A DNA stretch of 64,000 bases, from the IMG/VR virus record IMGVR_UViG_3300024346_000003. One strand, given 5' to 3'. Shown here in pieces: positions 47,920 through 57,155 of this stretch (position 1 is the stretch's first letter; every line of letters begins with the position of its first letter). The translations under genes and the position numbers were made by a program. The notes under the pieces were generated by a model. That model saw only the letters and a program-made list of their open reading frames with translations. It did no database searches and was not told where the DNA came from. Source of the DNA: a virus (taxonomy: Duplodnaviria > Caudoviricetes).

Positions 47920-48393
47920 TTACACATTTTCCTCTAATTCTACAACAAATTGCTCAAAATCAGCAGGTTTCCCCTCAAATAATAACTTTTTTCCTTTACT
48001 ATATTTACCTTTGCTATTAATGTAACCATTCTCAAAACACTTCAAAGTTACCTCTTTTGTATCAAAGTCAACAATAACTTCGTACTCATATTCTTGTCCG
48101 CAATCCTTTGCAGTAATTGGCTCAATGTAAAACCCACCCGCACCGTATTTGAAATGTGCAATCATCTGCGCTGCTAAACATCCAGCACCATTAAATAGTC
48201 TTTCAGTCTCATTCGTTGACCCAATACCATTAACTACTTTCCCACTTTTTAGAAAGTCTGCTAACTCTGTACCATGTCCTGACGGATAACCGTCATACTG
48301 ACGATACATATTCACAAGTTGGATTTTTACTTGCTTATTTTTGTTTTCATTCTTGTAAGTGTTAAACACTCTAGTTAAGCTACGAGTTCCCAT
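47920..48393 (-). CDS. early hypothetical phage protein
   Basis: MGTRS...YRQYDGYPSGHG...NGAGCLAAQMIAHFK motif. Confidence 0.75.
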   Translation of the reverse strand: MGTRSLTRVFNTYKNENKNKQVKIQLVNMYRQYDGYPSGHGTELADFLKSGKVVNGIGSTNETERLFNGAGCLAAQMIAHFKYGAGGFYIEPITAKDCGQEYEYEVIVDFDTKEVTLKCFENGYINSKGKYSKGKKLLFEGKPADFEQFVVELEENV

Positions 48394-48638
48394 TTTTTTA
48401 TGTTTTAATTATTAGACAATACAAATATAATTAATTAAAATGATATATCCTAATTTTCTTTCAACATTTTATTAAAAATAATATTAAGTTCCTGTAACTC
48501 AGGAAGCAAAGCATGTGCTTCTTGATATCTTTGCTCCAGTAATAAATCATTACGTTTTTTTATTAACGCTTCACGTTTTGACCTAACGACATCAATTGAA
48601 ATATATTTTACCATAATAATAATAATATTGTTTTATAT

Positions 48639-48914
48639 TTACATCCAACCTTGTTTAACAATTGTTGGTTTACCATTAACTAACTCCCATTTCTCAAACC
48701 ATTCTCCCCATTCACCTCTACGACTTCTTGATACACAAACTTCATCACTACCAATATGGTTATGTAAGATATAATCCTTTAATGCTTTTTTCAATTCAGC
48801 ATAAGTATTAAATTGTTTTGTAACATAAGGTGAATGCACTCTATAACGGTCATAGTTGTAGTCATGTTGACTTTCACTAGTCATATACCTTACTTGCGGT
48901 TTAAAATTGCTCAT
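48639..48914 (-). CDS. early hypothetical protein
   Basis: 91-aa ORF. Confidence 0.7.
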   Translation of the reverse strand: MSNFKPQVRYMTSESQHDYNYDRYRVHSPYVTKQFNTYAELKKALKDYILHNHIGSDEVCVSRSRRGEWGEWFEKWELVNGKPTIVKQGWM

Positions 48915-48931
48915 AATAATATTGTTTTATA

Positions 48932-49180
48932 TTATAGGTGTCCACCGAAATCGTTTGTTGGGTCTTGGAATTCGTATGAATCATCATCTGCTGACAAAGA
49001 ATCTTCAAATAAACCCTCCTCAATCTCATTATCCAACGCTTCATTTTCAGTTAAGAAATCAATTAACTCATCATCTTGAATTTCTACGGGAACATCAACT
49101 TCAACAGTTGTTTGTTTTGAATAGTAACGTGTTGCAGTTACTGTAACTTTTCTTGTTTCAACTTTTCTTGTTTCTAACAT
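48932..49180 (-). CDS. early hypothetical acidic protein
   Basis: own promoter. Confidence 0.7.
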   Translation of the reverse strand: MLETRKVETRKVTVTATRYYSKQTTVEVDVPVEIQDDELIDFLTENEALDNEIEEGLFEDSLSADDDSYEFQDPTNDFGGHL

Positions 49181-49227
49181 AATATAATGTTTTAATTATT
49201 AGACAATACAAATATAAGTAAAATAAT

Positions 49228-49497
49228 TTACATTACCAAATAAACTTGATTAATTTTTTCATCTTTATCTAAATGAACTTCAAGTGTTCTATCTTGATAA
49301 TTGATAGCAATAATCTCATCATCAATTAACCCATGCTCATCATCCATTGCATAATCAGAACTTAATCTTTGAATGGTACTTAATCCATGTGGGATACGTT
49401 CAAATGGTTTTAATTGTTTAATATTATGTTTCTTTTTGAAACTTTTCATAACCTTAATTACTAGGTCGTCTGTCGCTATTGGTAAATGCCCCGCCAT
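49228..49497 (-). CDS. early hypothetical protein
   Basis: own promoter. Confidence 0.65.
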   Translation of the reverse strand: MAGHLPIATDDLVIKVMKSFKKKHNIKQLKPFERIPHGLSTIQRLSSDYAMDDEHGLIDDEIIAINYQDRTLEVHLDKDEKINQVYLVM

Positions 49498-49539
49498 ATT
49501 TTATGTTTTTAATTATTAGACAATACAAATATACAAAAA

Positions 49540-49857
49540 TTATTCGTTATCTCCAAATTCTTTTTTAAGTTTTAGATAACTTTCATATCTACGTTCTTTA
49601 GCCCATTTAGCATTAAGTTCATTACCAGCAATTCGTTTTGCAAATTGCTCATCAGTTTCTTCAACCATTCTAGTAATTTCACCATGCCAATATCCTTGAT
49701 ACTCATAGTTATCATCATCAACCCAACATGAATGAATTACATCATCATCTTCTAATTCAAGATGTTTGATATCTCCCCAAATCATCTGACGGTTTTTTCC
49801 ATGGTGAAAGATTTGTTTTTCTTTCTTAATCTTCTGTGGTGATTTTTTATCTAACAT
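49540..49857 (-). CDS. early hypothetical protein
   Basis: 105-aa ORF. Confidence 0.65.
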   Translation of the reverse strand: MLDKKSPQKIKKEKQIFHHGKNRQMIWGDIKHLELEDDDVIHSCWVDDDNYEYQGYWHGEITRMVEETDEQFAKRIAGNELNAKWAKERRYESYLKLKKEFGDNE

Positions 49858-49869
49858 AATAATATTGTT

Positions 49870-50094
49870 TTATATTTTAAATCCAAAACTCTCAATACCT
49901 AGTTTATAATCAATTACTTCATTTTCAATACAAAGTTCCTTTGCCCCTTTAAAGTTACCACTAGTCCCAACACGTTCTTGTTCTTCGGTATCTTGAAACA
50001 CAATATACTTTGATAACATTGGGTGATTTTGTTCTTGAATGAAACAACCTTTGTACCACCATTCTCCCACTTCAATTTGTTTTGGTTTTGCCAT
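49870..50094 (-). CDS. early hypothetical protein
   Basis: own promoter. Confidence 0.7.
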   Translation of the reverse strand: MAKPKQIEVGEWWYKGCFIQEQNHPMLSKYIVFQDTEEQERVGTSGNFKGAKELCIENEVIDYKLGIESFGFKI

Positions 50095-50156
50095 GATAAT
50101 AATGTTTTAAATAATTAGACAATACAAATATACATAAAAAAAAAGAAGCCACCAAA

Positions 50157-50378
50157 TTAATTGGTGACTTTTTTAAACATTTCTTCTAGAATTTTGAAGT
50201 CTTGGTCTCTATCTGATTCCGCCGTGCGTCCTTGATATAAATAACTGTCATACGCTATAGGATTATCAGTTTCAATTTCAATAGAATAACCTCCAACATT
50301 CCCCTTCTCAACATTAATCGCAGTACTTACTAAATTTTTGCACTCACGATTAAGTACTACATTTTTAAACCCATTCAT
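50157..50378 (-). CDS. early hypothetical protein
   Basis: ATG start chosen downstream of structured leader; ORF track extends to a GTG at 50477. Confidence 0.6.
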   Translation of the reverse strand: MNGFKNVVLNRECKNLVSTAINVEKGNVGGYSIEIETDNPIAYDSYLYQGRTAESDRDQDFKILEEMFKKVTN

Positions 50379-50394
50379 AATTAATTGATTTAAA

Positions 50395-50482
50395 TAAAAG
50401 GCTAGCACAATGGGTGGTCTTTTGTAGATTTCATGTGCTAGCCTCTCGGTGTCTAATCTAAAACATAAGCGTGCCACCCTAG
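50395..50482 (-). promoter_or_regulatory. structured leader / attenuator-like RNA
   Basis: 10-bp hairpin GGCTAGCACA/TGTGCTAGCC plus T tract; competing GGGTGG/CCACCC and TAGATT/AATCTA pairings. Confidence 0.5.
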
Positions 50483-50556
50483 TCTTTTTATTCGTGTAAG
50501 TATTCGCTTATTAATTAGACATTACAAAGATACAAATTGCTTTTCATTAAACCTAA

Positions 50557-50883
50557 TTATTTTTTACTTTTTTTTAAAATGGCCATGTATAACATAGTGA
50601 TATCTTCAATGGTCAATGAATCCTTCAACCTGTTCATTTTAAGTGAACATGCAACAACATTGTCATCCGTGTATCCCTTAGTATTGTCCAACCTGTCAAA
50701 CGTCAATTGATTGTCATCAAACTGAACCCTGTTTAAATTGGCACCACTGATATAACATTTTTTTGTTGATAACAATTGTCGGACCTTCTTAAGACTTAAG
50801 TCAAACTCAAGTTTTCTACTATCAGCTGATGTCTTAATTGAAATTAACTTCTTTGCCACTTCTAAATCTGTAACCCTTTCCAT
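50557..50883 (-). CDS. HNH-like nuclease-fold protein (degenerate)
   Basis: CYISG...LTFDRLDNTKGY..DNVVACS..MNRLK. Confidence 0.6.
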   Translation of the reverse strand: MERVTDLEVAKKLISIKTSADSRKLEFDLSLKKVRQLLSTKKCYISGANLNRVQFDDNQLTFDRLDNTKGYTDDNVVACSLKMNRLKDSLTIEDITMLYMAILKKSKK

Positions 50884-50895
50884 AATAATATTGTT

Positions 50896-51273
50896 TTATA
50901 TTTTGTAGATTCCATAATCTACGGTTACCAAAGTATCTACAGGTAACCCATCTGCATTCTCACCATTTAACATCCAATGTGGTGTGACCCGTGGATTGTA
51001 ACTAACTCGCTCCCCTGTTATATCAGCTTGTACAAAATTACTGCTCCATGCAATGGTTAGTTCTTTACAAAGAACCCATGCGCAAACTACCTTCTCCCCT
51101 CCATCAAATATCTTCTGAGCGGTCTTCTTTTGATTCTTAAGGATGCACTCATGCATCAATAACTGAACTTCAGATGGGAAATGGTATTCAATTTTACCAT
51201 CAGGATACTGAACCTTCCATTTCATGAAATTCTTACCCCTAGCTAAATTGAATCTTACTTTGAAACTTTTCAT
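50896..51273 (-). CDS. early hypothetical phage protein
   Basis: VRFNLARGKNFMKWKV, VSYNPR motifs. Confidence 0.7.
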   Translation of the reverse strand: MKSFKVRFNLARGKNFMKWKVQYPDGKIEYHFPSEVQLLMHECILKNQKKTAQKIFDGGEKVVCAWVLCKELTIAWSSNFVQADITGERVSYNPRVTPHWMLNGENADGLPVDTLVTVDYGIYKI

Positions 51274-51342
51274 AACTTATATGTTTTAATTAGACCTTAT
51301 AAAGATAAGAATAATAATCCACAACCCCAAATAAATCATGGA

Positions 51343-51624
51343 TTATTTTACAACGTATTTATCTAAATTAGTATTATAAATAAGTTTGAAATTATGACTT
51401 GTTGCAAACGAAGTTATTTCTTTTTTTATTTTCTTTAATTCAGAACATTTTTTAGCATATTCTTTTGCCAATTCATCACGATATTTTGGTGGTGCATCAA
51501 CCCAATATTCAGCTATTTTAAATTCGACAAAATATCTAGCATCACATATATCGTTACCCAAATAACCAAATGATTCTAATTTGACTTTAATTTTATCGTG
51601 TAATGTATTTAATGAATTTTCCAT
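51343..51624 (-). CDS. early hypothetical protein
   Basis: 93-aa ORF. Confidence 0.65.
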   Translation of the reverse strand: MENSLNTLHDKIKVKLESFGYLGNDICDARYFVEFKIAEYWVDAPPKYRDELAKEYAKKCSELKKIKKEITSFATSHNFKLIYNTNLDKYVVK

Positions 51625-51633
51625 AAGATTATT

Positions 51634-51990
51634 TTATACCAAAACAATTCCTAAATCATCAAGTGTAATACAGTCACTTTCAATTTGGTCGCCACTGTGC
51701 CATTTGTTTTGTGCATAATAGTATACACTATTATTATACACAACTAATCTTTCAACATCAATTTTCCAGCTTTCAATATCCTCATCATCATCGTTAAGGT
51801 ATTCAACACTACCGTCTAAATCAATATTAATACTATTAATGAATTTATTGTTGTTAACAAGTTCCATTGCGTTCTTAATGTTATCGACATCTGTTGGTGT
51901 TAAATTGATTTTTAACTTATCAATTTCCATAGAATCTGAATACTCCATTGAATGAAATGCGATACCTTTTTCAATTACTAAATTTTCCAT
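51634..51990 (-). CDS. early hypothetical protein
   Basis: 118-aa ORF. Confidence 0.65.
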   Translation of the reverse strand: MENLVIEKGIAFHSMEYSDSMEIDKLKINLTPTDVDNIKNAMELVNNNKFINSINIDLDGSVEYLNDDDEDIESWKIDVERLVVYNNSVYYYAQNKWHSGDQIESDCITLDDLGIVLV

Positions 51991-52008
51991 GATAATATAT
52001 TTTAATTG

Positions 52009-52203
52009 TTATTTATCTTTTGCTATTACAAAATAAGAATTTAATTCTTCTTCTTGGTCATCCTGTGTTCCATCTTCATTATGTAATACAGGAAATTTTA
52101 AATATAAAAACTCCCAACCATCCTCATAAGAATCAAACTCATGAGCATTGAAACAATGATTATCAAACTCATCAACAATAATAAATTTATTAGACTTTTT
52201 CAT
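52009..52203 (-). CDS. early hypothetical protein
   Basis: own promoter. Confidence 0.65.
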   Translation of the reverse strand: MKKSNKFIIVDEFDNHCFNAHEFDSYEDGWEFLYLKFPVLHNEDGTQDDQEEELNSYFVIAKDK

Positions 52204-52245
52204 AAGGATATGTTTTAATTATTAGACATTATAAAGATACAAAAA

Positions 52246-52788
52246 CTATTTCACTTTTCCAAATAAAGTTTCAACTAATTTTGATTTATCTGTATGGAAT
52301 AAGTTAATCGCATTCGCTATTGAAATAGCTACACTACTATCTTCCTCCACCTCATCCAAATGCCAATAGCAAACGTGTGTAGGTTCCTTGTCGTCACCAT
52401 TGTCAATGTAGATATTTACACTCTCATTATCGATGGCCAACTTCATTCTATTTAAATTGAGGCCAAACATAACAGACTCCAATTCATCGCCAACAATTTG
52501 AAACCCTTGCTCATTGATAGAAACTACACCAAAACTTTCAAGTGAATCACCAATGGTCAAGTTACCCTCATCATCAGATACCAATTCATATATGCATAAC
52601 TGAAATGAATTAACCCCATTGTAAAATTCGTCAAACCAAATATTAATATCGTATTCTATATTTGTTTCCTCATCTTTGAATGTATCCCAATGGTCACTTT
52701 CCATACCCGTAACATCGATAACATATTCTTTACCTAAAAAGGTAAATGATAATCGTTTGTTTCTAGTGTTTAAAATTGCTGTTTCCAT
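52246..52788 (-). CDS. early hypothetical acidic protein
   Basis: own promoter. Confidence 0.7.
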   Translation of the reverse strand: METAILNTRNKRLSFTFLGKEYVIDVTGMESDHWDTFKDEETNIEYDINIWFDEFYNGVNSFQLCIYELVSDDEGNLTIGDSLESFGVVSINEQGFQIVGDELESVMFGLNLNRMKLAIDNESVNIYIDNGDDKEPTHVCYWHLDEVEEDSSVAISIANAINLFHTDKSKLVETLFGKVK

Positions 52789-52874
52789 GATAATATTGTT
52801 TTAATTATTAGACAATACAAATATAATAAATAAAAGTGACACTACCAAATTATAATGTCACTTTTATTGTCTAA

Positions 52875-53612
52875 TTAAACAATAGCTTCTAATACGAAAC
52901 CACTAGTTAAAGCTTCTTTGTTTTTTTCAGCACCACCTTTGCCCGTAATGTTTTTGAATTTCAATCCAACAATTACATTCTTATCATCTAAGAAACGCAA
53001 GTCGTTATCATCACCATTGATAACCTTATAACCGTTATACGTTTCAGGTAACTTTGTAAATACCATTGCTACATTGTGACCCGCTTGTAATAAGCTTAAA
53101 GATATTTCATGATTTTCCTCGGAACGTGAAAATGTTAAATGATAATTCTTTGGTAACTCCTTTGCAAATCTAGTGTAATTCTTTGTGTAGTCATAGAATT
53201 GAACATTAGGAAACGTATCAAAGATTGTTTTACCATTGGACGTTTTTTGCTTCTCAAATGAAATATCACTTGTACCATTCAAACGTATTGCCAGGATAAA
53301 ATCAGTATCAGCAACTTTCTTTTCTAATTTGCCAATTTCAACTACCAACTTATCTAAAAATGCAATTCTATCTGAAAGATAAAATTCTGTTTTTTCAGTT
53401 CTACCATTCTTAACACTTTGGTAAATTCCACCAAAACCACTTTCGAATAAACATGCACTAGCACAACCTTTACTCGCCATGGGACAAATGTTTACCCCCT
53501 TAGAATTTTGTGTAAATGGTGACATGTACAAAATGAAAGTCTTGTAACCTTTCTTTTCACCTTTAATCGTTTTAGCATTGTTAAACGATAATAAACTTTT
53601 CTTGTAACTCAT
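52875..53612 (-). CDS. phage Gp88-like protein (CxxxxxxCxxxC)
   Basis: ICPMASKGCASACL, RLNGTSDI, FYDYTK, LTFSRSE, GDDNDLRFLD. Confidence 0.75.
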   Translation of the reverse strand: MSYKKSLLSFNNAKTIKGEKKGYKTFILYMSPFTQNSKGVNICPMASKGCASACLFESGFGGIYQSVKNGRTEKTEFYLSDRIAFLDKLVVEIGKLEKKVADTDFILAIRLNGTSDISFEKQKTSNGKTIFDTFPNVQFYDYTKNYTRFAKELPKNYHLTFSRSEENHEISLSLLQAGHNVAMVFTKLPETYNGYKVINGDDNDLRFLDDKNVIVGLKFKNITGKGGAEKNKEALTSGFVLEAIV

Positions 53613-53715
53613 AATAATATGTTTTAATTAATTAGACAATACAAATATAAAACAAAAAAGTGAGACTTCCAAATAAAATCTCACTTTTTTTAAAATTAAT
53701 TATATACTATACTAT

Positions 53716-54792
53716 TTAACCCTTTCCATTTCTTACATCATGCAAATAATCAATCTCATCATTTGTACTTTGAGCAAACAATTGCTTTAACATTTGCTCC
53801 TCCATACCAACTTGTCGTAAAATGTATTCCATGGTTTCACCGTCAACCTCAATCACTTTCAACTTACCAATAATATCCCTTACCAAATCATGTGTATGTT
53901 GTGTTTGACATAATACTGTTGGTGCATCAGCAAACGTATTTTTTCGCCAATCCATATCAGCCTCTTCATAGGTACCATCTTTTTTCCAAAAACCTACTAC
54001 CAAAATATCATCACATCCACCCATGGTAATATTTATTGATTCACAAAACTTACCATACTCTACCAAATCAAATTTAACAATATCGAATAAGTAATTCTCA
54101 TCGTCAATAACTTCACCTTCACCATAACCAATTACCTCAATTACATTTCCGTCCTTGTCGCAACTAATATGCCCCCATGAACTTTCAAATGACATGAATT
54201 CCTCTCTAATAATTGGAACCTTGCTCAAATCAATTTGTTTCTTTTTCACAATTGAAATAAACTTATTATCCAATACTATATAATTTGTCTTACCAAATGG
54301 AAAACCATTGTCATTTTCAGTAATAATAACCCCCAAATCAAGCAACTCATGAAATTCACTTTCATAAACATCACCAATGATTTCTGTATTATCAGCATTA
54401 CCAATTGTATAAACTTCTTCGGGAAAATCATATTCTATATTTCCAACTACAATTGGTTTAAGTTCTTCTTTTGGGAACAAATTATACCAATTATCAACTA
54501 TGGCCATATCATCATTCAACCCCAATGCAATTCTAACATCGTCAGAACAATTCTGAATTAAATCATGGTCATTAACACTCATGTTAATTGGTAGTGACTT
54601 ATCAACGTCCTCAGTGTATTTAGAAATTGACGTATTAATCTCTTTCGCACTACGAACCGCACATTCAATGCGTTTCTCGACCTCATCAATTTTAGCACCC
54701 AAATCATTCAATGCTATATCAACTTCATCATCCTTTTGGAATAAATCCCAACGCTTCATTGTTTCAACCAATTCATTAAATTGCTTTTTCAT
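53716..54792 (-). CDS. early hypothetical protein
   Basis: ATG after promoter module. Confidence 0.75.
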   Translation of the reverse strand: MKKQFNELVETMKRWDLFQKDDEVDIALNDLGAKIDEVEKRIECAVRSAKEINTSISKYTEDVDKSLPINMSVNDHDLIQNCSDDVRIALGLNDDMAIVDNWYNLFPKEELKPIVVGNIEYDFPEEVYTIGNADNTEIIGDVYESEFHELLDLGVIITENDNGFPFGKTNYIVLDNKFISIVKKKQIDLSKVPIIREEFMSFESSWGHISCDKDGNVIEVIGYGEGEVIDDENYLFDIVKFDLVEYGKFCESINITMGGCDDILVVGFWKKDGTYEEADMDWRKNTFADAPTVLCQTQHTHDLVRDIIGKLKVIEVDGETMEYILRQVGMEEQMLKQLFAQSTNDEIDYLHDVRNGKG

Positions 54793-54842
54793 AATATATG
54801 TTTTAATAATTAGACAATACAAATGTAAGTAAAAGAATTCAC

Positions 54843-55097
54843 TTATCCTAATTCTTCAACATTTTTATTTGTTGCGTCATAAGATACAATTCTGAAATCA
54901 CCAAATAAGATACCTTTATAGTATACAGCACTATTGTTAAATCTTATCAAATCAACCTCACCACCATCTACTACCAATCGCAAATGACCATATGTCCATT
55001 GGAAACTATCTATCGGGCCAACCACAATAAATGTGTCATCAATGTGATTCTCTTTTGTCTCAGGATTTAACCTATTGAAAAATTCTATCTGTAACAT
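54843..55097 (-). CDS. early hypothetical protein
   Basis: 84-aa ORF. Confidence 0.6.
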   Translation of the reverse strand: MLQIEFFNRLNPETKENHIDDTFIVVGPIDSFQWTYGHLRLVVDGGEVDLIRFNNSAVYYKGILFGDFRIVSYDATNKNVEELG

Positions 55098-55115
55098 AAT
55101 AATATAGTTTTATAT

Positions 55116-55343
55116 TTAATCATTAATATTTTCCCAACCTTCCAACTCAGTTAATTCCATACCAATTGGTCTTAACCCATAAGGCTCGGCATTCAAATAG
55201 TAATCAAAGGTATAACCCAAAGGCTCTAACTCATCTAACAATCTACCTAACTCATGGTAATCATCAGCATCCTCATCAAATGTTACCAATACGTCTTGAA
55301 CTTCACTAGGAATCAATTCGGGTGTTTCAAATAAATCTTTCAT
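55116..55343 (-). CDS. early hypothetical protein
   Basis: LGYTFDYYL..EPYGL motif; own promoter. Confidence 0.7.
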   Translation of the reverse strand: MKDLFETPELIPSEVQDVLVTFDEDADDYHELGRLLDELEPLGYTFDYYLNAEPYGLRPIGMELTELEGWENIND

Positions 55344-55402
55344 AATATATGTTTTAATAATTAGACAATACAAATATAAGAATATAAAATGATATATCCT
55401 AA

Positions 55403-55939
55403 TTAATTTTCAACAAATTTTAAAAGAAATTTATCACTAAACTTACCCCCATTATGTGCCTTGCAACATTTAGCACACGCATACGTTCTTGATACCTTTC
55501 TATGCTTCGGACTTTCATGCCCACAATTATCACATGTAAGACTATATTTCGCTTTAGGTAAATTAACAGTTTCACCATCATAACATCTATTACCATCACA
55601 ACCAATCTGCTTTGCAATAGATTTCCAATTATGACCATGACCCCTACCATTTTTAATTCCATAAACCTCAACAGAAAATGCATGTGCCATTTCATGTAAT
55701 ATAGTATTCTGTATTCTACTATCTATCTTATCCAAATTCTCACTACATAAAGGTAATGATAAACTAATCTTCTTTTGAATATAATGACAAGTACCAAATG
55801 CACGTTTCCTATTGTTAAACTCAAATCGATAACCCAAACCTTTAGCACTCACACTATGTGTACCACTATATGTAGTAAACGTAAATTCTTTTGACATCAA
55901 CTCATCAACCAATACTCTTACATCATTTAACGTTCCCAT
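55403..55939 (-). CDS. SprT-like metalloprotease
   Basis: TILHEMAHA, GHGHNWK, C-terminal CDNC/CAKC zinc ribbon. Confidence 0.85.
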   Translation of the reverse strand: MGTLNDVRVLVDELMSKEFTFTTYSGTHSVSAKGLGYRFEFNNRKRAFGTCHYIQKKISLSLPLCSENLDKIDSRIQNTILHEMAHAFSVEVYGIKNGRGHGHNWKSIAKQIGCDGNRCYDGETVNLPKAKYSLTCDNCGHESPKHRKVSRTYACAKCCKAHNGGKFSDKFLLKFVEN

Positions 55940-56091
55940 AACTTATATTGTTTTAATTAGACATTACAAATATAATAATACTATTCCATATATCCTAATT
56001 TTTATACAAAAAAAATTTAAAATTATTTTACAAAATAATTAGGTTATCTCATTTATTATCCCTACCTTTGTTATGTACCCGATAGGGATAC

Positions 56092-56140
56092 GGGCTGATA
56101 CTCAAAAGGTATCTGGAGCGTAGACTCCAACCTACCTATA
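56092..56140 (+). ncRNA. structured small RNA family copy 8
   Basis: GGGCTGA-TAC-TCAAAAG-GTA-TCTGGAGCGTAGACTCC-AACCTACC after TACCTTTG promoter. Confidence 0.6.
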
Positions 56141-56586
56141 TAAATTATTTCTACTATAAACCACCCCAACCTACAAAGATAATAAAAATTTTCCACAATA
56201 CCAAACTTTTTGACAAATATTTTCCACTATAATATAATACACGAATCTATAATAATGATACAACACCAATCTATAATAATCGTGCAGCAGCAATCAATAA
56301 GATTAACACATCAACAATTAATAAGATTAACACAGGGTAATACTATACAGGATACAAATATTATATTCCTGTTGCACCTAAACAATTAATATCGTATCTT
56401 TGTAGTCACCAAGTCCTGGAGATTATAACCAGGCAATACAATTTAGATAATCAAACGGCTCGCCCTTAACCAGCGGGCCATTTGATGCTATTAACGATAA
56501 TAATATAATACACCATACACATACACCCCTCACACGAGGCCGTATACACGTTTGTGTACATATCGTATAGTACAATATTGAATAAT

Positions 56587-57051
56587 ATGAAACAGGATTA
56601 TAAACTTACAATAGAACTGGTGCCACAAACTTGCTGGTATACCAATGTTCGCAGCAACGTAACCAAAACTGAATGGGATACCATTAGAAATATATGCTAT
56701 GATAGAGCAAATCACCTATGTGAAATATGTAAAGACTCTGGAAAGAACCAAGGATATAAACATAATGTGGAATGCCACGAAATTTGGCACTATGATGACG
56801 TAAATAAAATTCAGACCTTAACAGGTCTAATAGCACTATGCCCATACTGCCATAAATGTAAACACCCAGGTCTAGCACAAATTAATGGTGAAACTAATAT
56901 CGTAATTAATCAACTAACCAAAGTTAATAATATCTCAAAAGAAAATGCTGAACAATATTTAATGCAAACATTTCAAATATGGAAACAAAGAAGTAAATAT
57001 AATTGGACCCTCGATATTTCACTAATTAATGACTACTGGTGGAAATCTTAA
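56587..57051 (+). CDS. HNH endonuclease
   Basis: CEIC..VECHEIWHYDD..LIALCPYCHKCKH. Confidence 0.85.
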   Translation: MKQDYKLTIELVPQTCWYTNVRSNVTKTEWDTIRNICYDRANHLCEICKDSGKNQGYKHNVECHEIWHYDDVNKIQTLTGLIALCPYCHKCKHPGLAQINGETNIVINQLTKVNNISKENAEQYLMQTFQIWKQRSKYNWTLDISLINDYWWKS

Positions 57052-57121
57052 ACCCCAAATAAATCGATATACACAATTGTGTACATATACCTAACACTAA
57101 TTGTTAGACTAACCTAACTTA

Positions 57122-57137
57122 TGTTTCACGTGGAACA
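57122..57137. promoter_or_regulatory. parS-like ParB binding site
   Basis: minus strand TGTTCCACGTGAAACA matches the consensus TGTTNCACGTGAAACA exactly. Confidence 0.75.
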
Positions 57138-57155
57138 TTTAGGTACCATTTAATC

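Larger units (their letters stand above)
28262..55990 (-). promoter_or_regulatory. dispersed family of ~45 near-identical Bacteroidota-type promoter modules, one per gene
   Basis: coding-strand consensus TT(T/A)GG-N17-19-TA(T/C)(A/C)TTTGTATTGTCTAATTAAAAC-N5-9-ATG (plus strand TTAGACAATACAAA), e.g. 28276, 29502, 30427, 34493, 38841, 44716, 53632, 55360. Confidence 0.9.

Noticed and set aside
28262-55990. Repeated GTTTTAATTAGACAATACAAA motif as a CRISPR array
   Set aside because: Copies are separated by whole genes (200-1200 bp), contain a Bacteroidota -7 promoter box, sit at a fixed distance from ATGs, and no cas genes are present.
28262-55990. Promoter modules as integron attC sites
   Set aside because: No paired RYYYAAC/GTTRRRY cores with an attC-type imperfect hairpin, and no integrase in the window.
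29135-56140. Small-RNA family as hammerhead, HDV-like/theta ribozyme or tmRNA fragment
   Set aside because: It lacks the CUGANGA/GAAA core and the nested double pseudoknot with a P1 3' strand, and has no tag ORF or T arm; only the GGGGCUGA start resembles tmRNA.
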